DNA of 63,173 nucleotides, the filler included, from Octopus bimaculoides (taxonomy: Eukaryota): assembly GCF_001194135.2 (NCBI RefSeq). It is 4 parts of 3 records of this genome, joined end to end, with 100 filler letters (N's around TTAATTAATTAA, not from the genome) between each part and the next. Parts side by side here need not be neighbours in the genome. Positions count along the whole stretch, not along the records: positions 40,918 to 57,273 come from NC_068998.1; positions 57,374 to 63,173 come from NC_068986.1; 2 more parts are not named here. One strand, given 5' to 3'. This document shows positions 51,015-63,173 of this stretch, one piece after another (the stretch's first letter is position 1; every line of letters starts with the position of its first letter). The notes under the pieces were generated by a model, which made no database searches, was not told the DNA's origin, and worked only from the letters and a program-made list of their open reading frames with translations. The translations under genes and the position numbers were made by a program.

Positions 51015-51017
<3 letters not shown>
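50146..51017 (+). mobile_element. Non-autonomous mariner derivative with long inverted ends
   Basis: TA|TGAGGTCTGATCAATAAATATCCAGACT at left and an inverted copy ending ATCAGAC at 51017. The internal N-terminal transposase reads RSGRPATSRT...ITICELSE...RHVSAKFVPKLLSADQKE. Confidence 0.9.
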
Positions 51018-51050
<33 letters not shown>

Positions 51051-51096
51051 TGCACACATAAATATACATACATATATATATATATATACATATTTA

Positions 51097-51814
51097 TCTA
51101 TATAATAAAAATGGATGTCTGTGTGTGTGTGTGTGTATCGGTCTGTCTGTCTACCTATAGGAAGAAAAACTACAGCATCGATATAAAAATTAAAAGCTAA
51201 TTCTTGTGTAAAATTTCACAATGAAGACATGATGAAAAGTCTAAGGGTGATAATTTTTAGAGGATTAACATACCACTCACGAATTAAAAATAAATAAACT
51301 GCCTAAGGGAGATAATTTTTATAGGAGGCACTCTTCTGTAGGTATGCCATATGTGTTATATAACGATTCAGATAATAACATGTGGGGGGGGGTATAGCTG
51401 TAAAAAGCTCCATTACTTCATATTGCTATAAGTATTACTTAAATAAGTATTATTTTATATTCAATCTATATTTATATCTGTAGAAGATCAGTATCCTTTT
51501 TTTTTTTTTTGCTGCCTACCTTCACAATAGAAACCATAGAAGATCCCTTTCATTTTATTCCCTGCCTATCCTTCAGAATAGAAGCCATAACTTAGATTTC
51601 ACATCGGAATTTCTGAGGACAGCTGTCATTTTTCTATCTCACTTCAGCATATTTGTACAACTTTTCATTTGAAAATATCCATTTTCCCTAAACATAGGAA
51701 GAAATGAATTTAGTGGAGCACTCTTCTGTAGGTATGTCATATGTGTAATATAACGACACACATAATAACGTGTGTCGTTGTGTATGTGTGTGTGTGTGTG
51801 CGTGTGTGTGGGGG

Positions 51815-51858
<44 letters not shown>

Positions 51859-53225
51859 AACTGTAATAACGTTTATTACTTTATATCGATTTAAGAAAAA
51901 GAGGAGCTGATATTGAGGGTCATCCACGTATAAAATTTTTTGACTCAGCAATCAGAAGAGTTTACTCTGTGCATCCGAGTCACCATGAATGTTTCTTTTT
52001 GAGGCTGCTTCTCCATGAAATAAGAGGACCGACTTCCTTCTCCTTCATAAGAAGACTGATGGTCAAACTTTGTACTTATACAGAAACCTGTTTAGCTTTA
52101 AATTTGTTAGATGACAATCAGTGGGATAAAACAATGGCTGAGGCTTCACACCTACTTCTTTGAGAGATCTTTTTGCAATTCTTCTCTTGAATTGTGAAGT
52201 AAGTGATCCATTAGCATTGTGGCACAAATACAAGAATGATTTATCAGAAGACTACAAATATCTAGCACAATTAAGATTCCCTGAGATGGAAATAGCATTC
52301 AACAATGACATATATCATTCTGCATTGGTTGATTTTGAAGATCCCATTGTCACAATGGGAGGGGAGGAGCTCAGCAAGTTTGGTTTACCTGAAACTCATC
52401 AAAATGAGATGAGTAATTTGATCACAGAAGTTTTGCGAGAAACTTCATATAATATTGACTCATTAACAAGATTCCTTGAAGAATATGTCCCAAAACTTTT
52501 GCCAGATCAACAACTTGCATATACAACAATCATTTACCAAGTGACACATAAGAGAGAAGGAATATATTTTTTAGACACGCCAAGAGTAACTGGAAAAACT
52601 TTTGTTACAAATTTGGTGCTAGCCAAAGTCCAGCAGAAAAAGGAAATAGCCTTGGTTGTAGTGAGCTCTGGAATTGCTGCAACTTTACATCAAAGAGGTC
52701 GACTAGCTCATGCAGTATTCAAGCTGCCATTCAGTCTAACTTCAAATGATGAACCTGTCTACAATATTAGTAAAAGTTCTTCTCTCACTCAAGTTCTCAT
52801 GAAATGTTCTTTGCTCATATGGGACAAAGCTACAATGTCCCATAAAAAATCAGTAGAAGCTGTTAACAGAACGCTGCAGAATTTGCCCAATTCCAATTGT
52901 TTGATGCGAGGTGTGACAACAGTACTTTCAGGTGATTTCAGACAAACTTTGCCAGTGATTCCCAGGGGAACAAATGCAGATGAATTGAAAGCAATATGCC
53001 CTTCAAGTTAAAATGATTTCAATTTCCAATACGTCTGTCTTTTGCAATGTCCATTAATAAGACCCAAGGTTAGACTTGGAAAGTTGTTGAATTAGAAGAG
53101 GACTGTTTCTCACATGGTCAGTTATATGTTGGGACATCCAGAGTGGGAAGCAAAAACAATCTTTTCAGTTTTGCACATATTGGTAAAACCCAGAACATTG
53201 TCTATAAGGACATTTTTACCATGGA
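51097..53225 (+). mobile_element. Helitron remnant (Rep-end/Pif1 helicase), internally deleted
   Basis: A|TC start with tctatataataaaaatggatgt. RVYSVHPSHHECFFLRLLL; degenerate Walker A DTPRVTGKT; VSSGIAATL; IWDKATM; SGDFRQTLPVI; FAMSINKTQG; FSHGQLYV..SRVG. Confidence 0.92.
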
Positions 53226-53283
53226 ATCATCAAACTAAAATTTGTAGAATGATTAATAGCTTTGATTTATATGTGTGCATATA

Positions 53284-54542
53284 CAGGGGTTGGACAAAAT
53301 AATGGAAGCACCTTAAAATTTCAAACAAATTTATTTTAATAGGGGGTACGACCACCTTTGGCAGTAATTACAGCTTGAATTCTACGAGATATGGACTTGT
53401 ACAAAGTTTTAATTCTTTCCAAAGGAATTTTTGTCCATTCTTCAGCTAAAACAGTCTCCAGTTCTTGTTGTGATGATGGTGGAGGATATTGACTCCTTGT
53501 TTTTCTAAAATGCACCATAAATGTTCAATAATATTGAGATCTGGGGACTGTAGTGGCCAGATAAGATGTTCAACTTCACTGGAATGTTCCTCGTGCCATT
53601 CAGTAACAACTTTAGCTGTGTGAATTGATGCATTATCATCCTGAAAGATAGCATTTCCCTCCAGAAACAGTTTCACAACCGTAGGATGAATTTGATCAGA
53701 TAAAATGCTTAAATAGTCTTGACTATTAATTCTGCCATGAAAGGAAACCATTGGCCTAGTGGATTTCCAGGATATAGCCCCCTAGATCATAGCAGATCCT
53801 CCTCCATGCTTGTCAGTTGGAAGAAGGCAATCTGAGTCAAATGCTTCTTTTGGCTGTCTCCACATGTATACTCGGCCGGTGGTTGGAAATAAGGTAAAGG
53901 ATGACTCGTCCGAGAAAATAATATTCTTCTACTGCTCTAGGAACCAATTCTGTAGGTTTTTACTCCGCTCTAAACACTTTGCAACATTTATTTTTGAAAG
54001 TAGTGGTTTTCTGATTGCAGCCCTCCTGTGAAATCTGGCTTTGTGCAGCTCCCAGCAAACAGATTTTGTGGAAACTGGGTTCTTGAGATGGCCATTAAGC
54101 TCTGCAGTAATTTTGGGAGCTGTGCTTTTGTGACCCTTTCTAACAATTTGCGTAAGAGTCCAACAATCTCTATCTGTAAGTTTTGGTTTTCTTCCGGAGT
54201 TTTGTTTCGACGAGGAGGTTTTTCCCTCTTTCTCAAAGGCCGTCATTACTTTTGAGACAATACTTCTTGATACAATACACCAAACATTTCGGCTGTTTTC
54301 ATTACACTAGCTCCAACAGTTTGACCTCTTTGAAAATCCAATAGATCTGTCATTTTAATTAATTTTAATTACCTTTCTCTGATGATATCTGAAAAGAAAC
54401 AGCAAATTTTGCAAAACATATTAAGCAACACTAATAATAAATCAAAAAACATAAAAATAAACAAGCTTTTGACGGTTTTATAGATATTTCAAAATCATGA
54501 TGCTATGATGCTAGGTGTTTCCGTTATTTTGTCCAACCCCCA
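53284..54542 (-). mobile_element. Full-length Tc1-family element (about 1.26 kb), DD36E transposase, frameshifted
   Basis: About 30-bp TIRs caggggttggacaaaataatgg with TA flanks. Transposase 54353-53336: IFSDESSF, FQDDNASIH, WPLQSPDLNIIEHLW, GRTPY*. Confidence 0.93.
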
Positions 54543-54922
54543 TATATATATATATATGTTTATTTCCACATATTCCTTTCTGTTGAAGAGCATAGGCTGG
54601 AAACATAAAAGACTTTCTCACTTGCCCGAGTATCAAACTAATACACCTGCTTGTTGTTCATNNNNNNNNNNNNNNNNNNNNNNNNNNNNNNNNNNNNNNN
54701 NNNNNNNNNNNNNNNNNNNNNNNNNNNNNNNNNNNNNNNNNNNNNNNNNNNNNNNNNNNNNNNNNNNNNNNNNNNNNNNNNNNNNNNNNNNNNNNNNNNN
54801 NNNNNNNNNNNNNNNNNNNNNNNNNNNNNNNNNNNNNNNNNNNNNNNNNNNNNNNNNNNNNNNNNNNNNNNNNNNNNNNNNNNNNNNNNNNNNNNNNNNN
54901 NNNNNNNNNNNNNNNNNNNNNN

Positions 54923-55200
54923 NCAGACTCCACTCTGATTTGGCATGGTTTTCTATGGCTGGAAGCTTTTCGTAACTCCAATCACTATGAGAGTGTAATA
55001 GGTGCTTTTATATGCCACTGGTATGGGTGCCATTTGCGTGACATTAGGTGTGTTTATGTGCCACCAGCACGGGTGCCAATTTGTGTGACACTGGTATCTG
55101 CCATGACTACGATTTTGCTCGGCTTGATGGGTCTTCTTCTCAAGCATGACATAATGCCAAATGTCTTGGTCATTGCTTCTGTGAGGCACAATATATAAAT
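54923..55200 (-). mobile_element. Older RTE-type 3' end fragment
   Basis: ctgatttggcatggttttctatggctgg...gagagtgtaataggtgcttttat..gtgccaccagcac is a diverged relative of 56970-57272. Confidence 0.65.
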
Positions 55201-55354
55201 AAACCCGATATTTATATATTTGTACCATTGATAAGCAAAAAATCAACAAAACCAGTTTGGTATTTGAGTAAATCTATTACAAAATTTAAAAACAAGTACA
55301 CGTTTTGAGATTTAGGTGTATTTTCAAACCCCAGAACAAATTCTCCTATATATA

Positions 55355-55434
<80 letters not shown>

Positions 55435-55592
55435 AGGTTTCTTTCAGCTTCTGTCTACCAAACCCACTCATAAGGATTTGGTCAGCCCAAAGCTTTAGTA
55501 GAAAATGCTTGCTCAAGGTACCATGCTGTGGAACTAAATCCAGAACCATGTGGTTGGGAAGCAAGCTTCTTACCACATAGTCACACCTGCTC
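55435..55592 (-). mobile_element. SINE family A, 5' module
   Basis: ggtttctttcagcttctgtctacc...gcttgctcaaggtaccatgc...catgtggttgggaagcaagcttcttaccac. Confidence 0.85.
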
Positions 55593-55764
55593 CTATGTGT
55601 GTGCAACAAAAGCATATCTACAGAAAAGTTATATGCTGCTTGATGACATAAAAGACGCACTTTTCTTTCTGAAACATAACCCAAAAAAGGGGTGCTATGT
55701 ACAAAGTTTGGCCTATATTACATGCTTTAACACACTAAATTTCGTTTTTTCTAAATATAGATAC

Positions 55765-55929
55765 AGGCACTGGTGTGTGGTGAGAAACTTCCTTCCCAAC
55801 TACATGGTTTTGGGTTCAGTCCCACTATGTGGCACCTTGGGCAAGCGTCTTCTACTATAGCATCAGGTCGACCAAAGCCTTGTAAATGGATTTGGTAGAC
55901 AGAAACTGAAAGAAGCCTATCATATATAT

Positions 55930-55974
<45 letters not shown>

Positions 55975-56200
55975 TATCTATGTGTGTGTGTCTTTGTGTC
56001 TGTGCTTGTTCCCTTCCCCCACAACTGCTTGACAGCCAGTGCTGGTATGTTTACATCCCCATAACTTAGCAGTTTGGCAAAAGATACCAATATAATAAGT
56101 AGTAGGTCTTTAAAAAAATAAGTACTGGACTCGATATATTCAACTATAATTTCTTCAGGATGGTGCCCCAGCATGACCACAGTCTAATGACTGAAAAAAG
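55765..56200 (+). mobile_element. SINE family A, full length
   Basis: aggcactggtgtgtggtgagaaac...ggcaccttgggcaagcgtcttctactatagc...gaaactgaaagaagcc, (TA/CA/GT)n, then 3' module ...cagcatgaccacagtctaatgactgaaa. Confidence 0.9.
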
Positions 56201-56969
56201 TACAGATATTGGGATGTGTTTAATATGCCCTTGCATCTTTTATGCCATCAAATAAGGTAGTTGGCCAGGTGAGTTATGGATGAGTATGTTGGAGTGGAAT
56301 GTTTATTGTGTAAAGAGAATTTAGCTGTTATCTCATTTATTATCTGCACAATTTGAAGGCCAAGAGATGTTTAACACTTTCTGAAGTCTCCCCACTAATA
56401 ATATCTATGAGAGAGGCAAAGTGCTTTGGTTGGAATGTGTAATCTGAAGCAATGATTGGTAAAGTGGGTAATGGTGGTGATGGTGGTGAAGTTGGTGGTG
56501 GGTGGTGGGTGGTGGTAGTGGTGGCGGTGGCAGCAATGGTAGTGATGGTCGTGGTTTTGGTGGTAGTGTTGAAGTGGGTAGTGGTGATGGCAGTCACAGT
56601 GGTAGCAGCAGCAGTGGTGCTGGTAATAGTAGTGATGGTGGGTGATGGCAGCGGTGGTGGTTGTGATGATGGCAGGAGCAGCAGTGGTGGTAGCAATTGT
56701 TGTTGTTGTTCAATAACAAACTGTTACATCAAAAACAACAAATTCCATAGAGATTTCCAAAATATATTAACTAATCAGTACAATGTTATTAACACTAATC
56801 ACATTTGTTGAACTTGAAGATTAGCCAGACGAGAATGTATAAGATTAATCTGGTGACACACTAAAATAGATAATGAAAGAATAAAAACAAAGCGACAAAA
56901 GAGATTGTGTTCACTATATAGTATGTGTGTATGAGTGTATGTATGTATGTATATAGATATATATATATA

Positions 56970-57272
56970 CATCATCATCATCATCATCGTCGTTTAACGT
57001 CCGCTTTCCATGCTAGCATGGGTTGGACGATTTGACTGAGGACTGGTGAAACCGGATGGCAACACCAGGCTCCAATCTAATTTGGCAGAGTTTCTACAGC
57101 TGGATGCCCTTCCTAACGCCAACCACTCAGAGAGTGTAGTGGGTGCTTTTACGTGTCACCCGCACGAAAACGGCCACGCTCAAAATGGTGCATTTCATGT
57201 GCCACCCGCACAAGAGCCAGTCCAGGGGCACTGACAATGATCTTACTTGGCTTGCCGGGTCTTCTCACGCAT
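56970..57272 (-). mobile_element. RTE-type 3' tail element
   Basis: (cat)n cgtttaacgtccgctttccatgctagcatgggttggacgatttgactgaggactgg...ggatgcccttcctaacgccaaccac. Confidence 0.88.
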
Positions 57273-57273
57273 A

Positions 57274-57373
57274 NNNNNNNNNNNNNNNNNNNNNNNNNNN
57301 NNNNNNNNNNNNNNNNNTTAATTAATTAANNNNNNNNNNNNNNNNNNNNNNNNNNNNNNNNNNNNNNNNNNNN
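57274..57373. other. Artificial scaffold-join spacer
   Basis: N44-TTAATTAATTAA-N44. Confidence 0.9.
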
Positions 57374-58423
57374 TATATATATATATATATATATATATTG
57401 CATGTATATGTAGATATATGTGTGTGTCTGTGTGTTTATGATTTTCATCAAGTGACAGGCGTAATCTATGTTTATGCCTGAATATGAACCGAAAATTACT
57501 GGTTTAGGAAAACAATGATCTTTGAAATAGGTGGCTTGCTGAAACTTGCACTGTAGTAGATAGATTAGTCTAAACCCTGAAATGTAATGCATTCAGCATG
57601 GCCATAGTCATTCTAAATGTAGCCCAAGAATGAAGGAAAGGAAGAACTGTATGAGATATGTAAACCATATTCAAAAGAAAAAGGCTGAGTTAAACAGGCA
57701 GCTGTTTTTGAAACCAATTCGATGTTCGCTATAAAACATATCTGTAATATGAATACGCACCAATTATCGATAGAAGAGATAAGTCTACCGAAGTTAATAC
57801 GGCTATTAAAAGGGACGTTAGTTCTGTTTTATTTCATATAATTTGACATATTTAAAACCTTAAAAACCGAAAGGAAGGGATATAATTACGTAAAAAGATA
57901 ACTCTCTTAAAACTTATAATTAAAATTAGAAAATATACAAGTTAAAGAGAAATGAAATACAGAGCAAGTTAAACGCATAAATGTTTCGAAGATTTTATGA
58001 AATACGTAATGAAATAATTTAAAAGAATTCAAATAAAATATTGGTTTATTATTTCTGTATATTGCCTTTCACCCTAGTGTGTGACTATAAATTATTTTTC
58101 TATTACTAAAGTTTGTTCCACTACACCAGTTCTAAGTATTTTCCCACTCATTCATCTTTTATTCCCCATTTCTTAGTCATCGTTTCTACCTCTTCTCCGT
58201 TGTATTTATATATACAGTCATCACCATGACTGTATATAAAGTCAAAGCTTATATACGTATAGAGTCTAACGTATGTCGGTGTCAGTTGGAGACCACTACA
58301 TGGCCTTTTAAAACAGTTCGCGAATGCGAGTTACAAGCTACCCACTGCAAGTAATTGTTACACTTATACAAATATATATAACCACATATATATTACACAG
58401 ACACAGACACGAAGACAGACACA

Positions 58424-58512
<89 letters not shown>

Positions 58513-58699
58513 ACACACATATAATTTATTTTTGGGAGCAGTTTAATATACACATTATGACTATCGGTCTGATAAAACTACACTAGACACACGCATCTCA
58601 ACAATATGTGAGCGATACGGTGATCTTATATCAATATGAGCTATTAGAAATCAGCAGAGCCTGATGATATATAAGGATTTTGGATAAAACAAAAAAGGT

Positions 58700-60768
58700 C
58701 TGTAGGTACGGTAAATCGATTGCGGAGCAATTTAATGCACTGATCCATGGAGAAGAAATCTCCAGGTGTTTGACTAAAGAACAGTGTTGTGTATGAAGGA
58801 CATATCGAAAAGAAATGCTGCCGACAATTACAACACGATTTTATGCCTTCCATTCTTGTGGAAGTTACTGTCAGCAAAGTTTGCGGAAGAAATGTACAAA
58901 TTTGGAAGAAATAACCGTATTTTACCGATGGAGACGCAGAGATACCAAAGAGCAATTATCGATACACAAGCAAAGCAGGACAAATTTGAGATTACCACAC
59001 AGTTTACAACATCGTTCCACATACGTGGACCATCGAGCATTTAGATATGATTTTCTGAAGGGGTGTATGGTTGATTGGAAATCTAAGATGACCACGCACG
59101 GACAAAGCTTTGGCCGCTTGGGCATCATCAGGAGGATTTTCCTGGGAGACATACTGTCTCCGTTGCTTTTTCTACTTTGTGTGATCCTTGGTGCTGAGGA
59201 AACTGAACCTGGGATATCAGTTAAATGAAAAAAAAAGGCAAAGAATCAACCATCATGTATTCATGGTTTATATGGAGCTGTAGGGCAAGGATGAGGTACA
59301 AGTAAGTTCCTTGGTGAACACGGCCTACCGTTTTAGTACTGATGTTAAGGTGGAATTCGGACACAAGAAATGCGGTATAATGAACCTGAAAAGACGCAAG
59401 GTACCGACCCTGGCAAGGATAAATTTACCAAATGGAGAATTAATGGAACAAATTGAAGAGGAAGGCTATAAGTACCTTGGCATATTAGAGGTCAATGAAA
59501 TCACAGAGAAAGAAATGAAAGAAAAGCTGAGGAAAGAATATTTCCGCGGACTAAGATTGGTGTTGCGCTGAAAATTAACTGGATGGAATATAATCGAAGT
59601 ATTAAATATATGGGCGTTAGCATCACTTCAGTATGGAGCTAGAATCATAAACTGGCAAAAGACTTGATGAATATGGAATCGAAACAACGGAAATTATTGA
59701 AAGTGCACAGAACATTCGATCTCAAGAGTGACACTGACAGGTTGTACTTATCCAGAAGTAAGCATGGTAGTTGCTCGATCAGTTGTCAGGGTTGTGTTGA
59801 AACAGATGAAAATAGCTTAGTGCGGTATGTAAAAAAATGCCGTAGCACTGTCGCCGATACTTGTGAAGAAATCTGGTATCGTTAAAATTGATAACTGTGT
59901 TAAGAAGAATAACATAAAGAAGAAAAGAACATAAAAAAAGAAACAGTATTGAAAGACAAAAATGTGCGGTCAATTTTCATGAGATATGAGCTCCAAGACA
60001 GATACAAAGGCCGATGGTTATGGATGCGGAGAAATGACCAGAATATAGAAACAGTAGCAATTATATGTGCAGCATATTAACGAGCATTGATGATTAACTA
60101 TGTTAAGTGTAGAATTGAAAACACGACTTAGAATGACAAATGCAGAATGTGCTGTGAGAACGATGAAACAGTATGTGCCCGAAATTTGCGAATACAAAAG
60201 ATGACATGACAATGCGGCAAATAATATCAATTGAGAGCTCTGTGGAAATTTATGGCCTTTAAAGAGCAATGTCGTTCTATGACCAAACCCCAGAGGGGGT
60301 TAACGGGAATGAAGATTGCAAAATCCTGTAATAATCAGATAAGACATCGGAAACAAAAAACACAACTGATATTGTTGTGGTGACAGGAAAGAAAAACGTG
60401 CCTGATAATCGACACAGTATGTCCTCATAACAGCAGGATAGAAGAGAAAAAGGAGAACCTATGTTTATTTGAAGTAGGAAATACGCAGGATGTAGGCAAT
60501 GAAGTGAGAGGATGTGATACCAATAGTAATTGGCGCGTTTGAACGTATCAGCACTGAACTACTTACGTTACTCAGAAATATTGGTACCAATGTAAATATA
60601 GAACTCCTACAAAAATCATAATTGCATGGAACTGCAAGAGTTCTCCTCAGGGTTCTTAAAGCATGATCAGTAAACAAGTATCCCCTTAGTTTATTGACTG
60701 GGGACAGCTGGCACTTTCTACCATACTCAGCAAAATAAGCTGTGAGTTTAAATTGAAATAATAATTTC
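58700..60768 (+). mobile_element. R4/Dong-type LINE, older degenerate copy (RT-CCHC-RLE)
   Basis: VLCMKDISKRNAADNYNTILCLP..WKLL, RDTKEQL, IFLGDILSPLLFLLC, VEFGHKKC, YKYLGILE, DRLYLSR, CRMC, VIGAF...GTARVL. The 3'UTR ends in aataataat. Confidence 0.88.
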
Positions 60769-60957
60769 TACTATAGGCACAAGGACTGAAATTTTTGGGG
60801 TGAGGATAAGTTGATTACATTGACCCTAGTATTTCACAGGTATTCAATTTATCAATCGCCGCAAGAATGAAAGGCAAATGAACACTGGCGGAGTTTGAAC
60901 TCAGAACAGGAAGATGGACGAAATGCTCGGCGTGCTAACGATTCTGCCAACTCGCCA
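60765..60957 (-). mobile_element. SINE family B
   Basis: aggcacaagg.ctgaaatttttgggg...attgaccc...atgaaaggc...gagtttgaactcagaac...gtgctaacgattctgccaactcgcc. Confidence 0.85.
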
Positions 60958-61504
60958 ATAATATTAATGGTTTCAAATTTTAGCGTAAAACCGGCAGTCG
61001 ATCGGATAGTGATATGTATGAGACTTTTCTCAAATATGATGTAATTGGGGATAATTGAAGAGGCAAATTCTCTTTATATGTCTTATTTATTTTACCGAAC
61101 CTAAAATCATCCTTTGTATGCTCAAACGGAAGTGAGATAATCTTCTGAAATAGTTTCCCTAAAATATTGTAAAAAGTTCATTTGTTGAGCCGATATAGTT
61201 TTGCAAAATACTAAACATCTTCAAAAATGTGTTTTTTAATGTGAAAAATGCAGTAAATATTGCTCATAGAGACCCCATCATATATTGTCAGCTCAGTGGT
61301 GCAAATACATATTTTCTCATTAGATATAAGGATATCAATGAAATACGTTACCACTCATTTATACGAATGTGTTTGAAGGTCCTGTGTAATTACACATGAA
61401 ACCCACAGCATCGCAGGAGCGAGTCGACTGAAATAAAGTATATTATTAACCTCTATTATGGTGTTTAGTACTCTTCCATACGACAGTTAAAACAGAATGT
61501 GTGC

Positions 61505-61558
<54 letters not shown>

Positions 61559-62222
61559 NNNNNNNNNNNNNNNNNNNNNNNNNNNNNNNNNNNNNNNNNN
61601 NNNNNNNNNNNNNNNNNNNNNNNNNNNNNNNNNNNNNNNNNNNNNNNNNNNNNNNNNNNNNNNNNNNNNNNNNNNNNNNNNNNNNNNNNNNNNNNNNNNN
61701 NNNNNNNNNNNNNNNNNNNNNNNNNNNNNNNNNNNNNNNNNNNNNNNNNNNNNNNNNNNNNNNNNNNNNNNNNNNNNNNNNNNNNNNNNNNNNNNNNNNN
61801 NNNNNNNNNNNNNNNNNNNNNNNNNNNNNNNNNNNNNNNNNNNNNNNNNNNNNNNNNNNNNNNNNNNNNNNNNNNNNNNNNNNNNNNNNNNNNNNNNNNN
61901 NNNNNNNNNNNNNNNNNNNNNNNNNNNNNNNNNNNNNNNNNNNNNNNNNNNNNNNNNNNNNNNNNNNNNNNNNNNNNNNNNNNNNNNNNNNNNNNNNNNN
62001 NNNNNNNNNNNNNNNNNNNNNNNNNNNNNNNNNNNNNNNNNNNNNNNNNNNNNNNNNNNNNNNNNNNNNNNNNNNNNNNNNNNNNNNNNNNNNNNNNNNN
62101 NNNNNTATATATATAGCCGAAATTGCAAAAAATAATCTGGAACTCGACTGACGCGTCCTTGTTTTTTTTTCATATCGCCTGTCAGGATGTTTTTCATTCT
62201 TGTCCCATTTTTGTTATTCTTT

Positions 62223-62267
<45 letters not shown>

Positions 62268-63127
62268 ATATATATATATATATATATGGGCTTGTACACA
62301 TGTTGCACACAAACGCATACACAGTCGCACACACACATGTATATATGATTGTATGTATACATATATATTTACATAAATATCAATTTTTCATTCGCATTGT
62401 AATGTATTTTATATCTACACAATTTTTTCTTCTATGAATATATATCACCCAACGGTCTCCATCTCTTATACAATATTTCAGTATCCGGTGTTTCTTAATA
62501 CATCGTGAGATATATTTATATTTCATAAATGACATTAGTGCTATAATTATTTTCCAAACTTTCATGTAACTTCAACAAAAGTTTATATGCTTTCATAATG
62601 CTTTTTTTCTTCTTACATTCATGATAACTAATGCACTGTATCAATTTAATACTATACATAAATGTTACTAAATTAAATTTCTGTTAGAAATTTTATAGAT
62701 ATTTTGAGATAAAATCCAACACTAGTATTCTGAATTATATTCAATATACATATATTTTAAAAATTACTTATACTTTGAACATCCTCAAATCTTATTTCTT
62801 TACCGTCGGCGCTTCCTGTACAATGTACTTCAGATTTTTAAGTTTGTACAACCAGTTTTATAAAATGTAAATTGAAATATACGATTCGTTTTGTCAACTG
62901 AATGCGTAGTATTTATTAACAAAACACTTTTTTTTGTTGAAACCAAATACACACGCGCGCACACATACACACACAAACGCGCACACGCACACACAAACAC
63001 ACACAAACACATACAAACACACACACGCACACACGCATGCATTTGTATAGTTTTATAAACGGAACGCTTAATATTTATTAACAATAAACTTTCTGTTGCT
63101 GAAACCTAATACACACAAGCACACACA

Positions 63128-63173
<46 letters not shown>

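Overview
AT-rich, microsatellite-saturated eukaryotic genomic DNA with many N gaps. The SINE families, (TA/CA/TACA/TAA)n load and LINE/DNA-transposon mix look like Octopus or another coleoid cephalopod (inference, not searched). No complete, intact gene is visible, and almost all ORFs in the track come from microsatellites, N runs or transposon remnants. The only credible host coding signal is a 67-nt minus-strand signal-peptide-like first exon at 22027-22093. A weak terminal-exon candidate lies at 48052-48187. The rest is a transposon graveyard. It contains two tRNA-derived SINE families with many copies, R4/Dong-type and a second restriction-like-endonuclease (RLE) LINE family, RTE and CR1-group LINE pieces, and Penelope-like remnants with hammerhead-ribozyme motifs. 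DNA elements include Tc1/mariner (DD34D, DD36E, DD37D and a fold-back derivative), hAT remnants and an internally deleted Helitron. Three 100-bp N44-TTAATTAATTAA-N44 spacers are artificial scaffold joins, so the window is probably four stitched pieces. The most interesting items are the inverted hammerhead-bearing pLTR pair, a full-length DD36E Tc1, a mariner built from two left ends, and repeated tail-to-tail coupling of SINE (ATT)n tails with TAA-associated R4/Dong LINEs. I found no clearly new biological system. Coordinates were read by eye and repeat boundaries are approximate.
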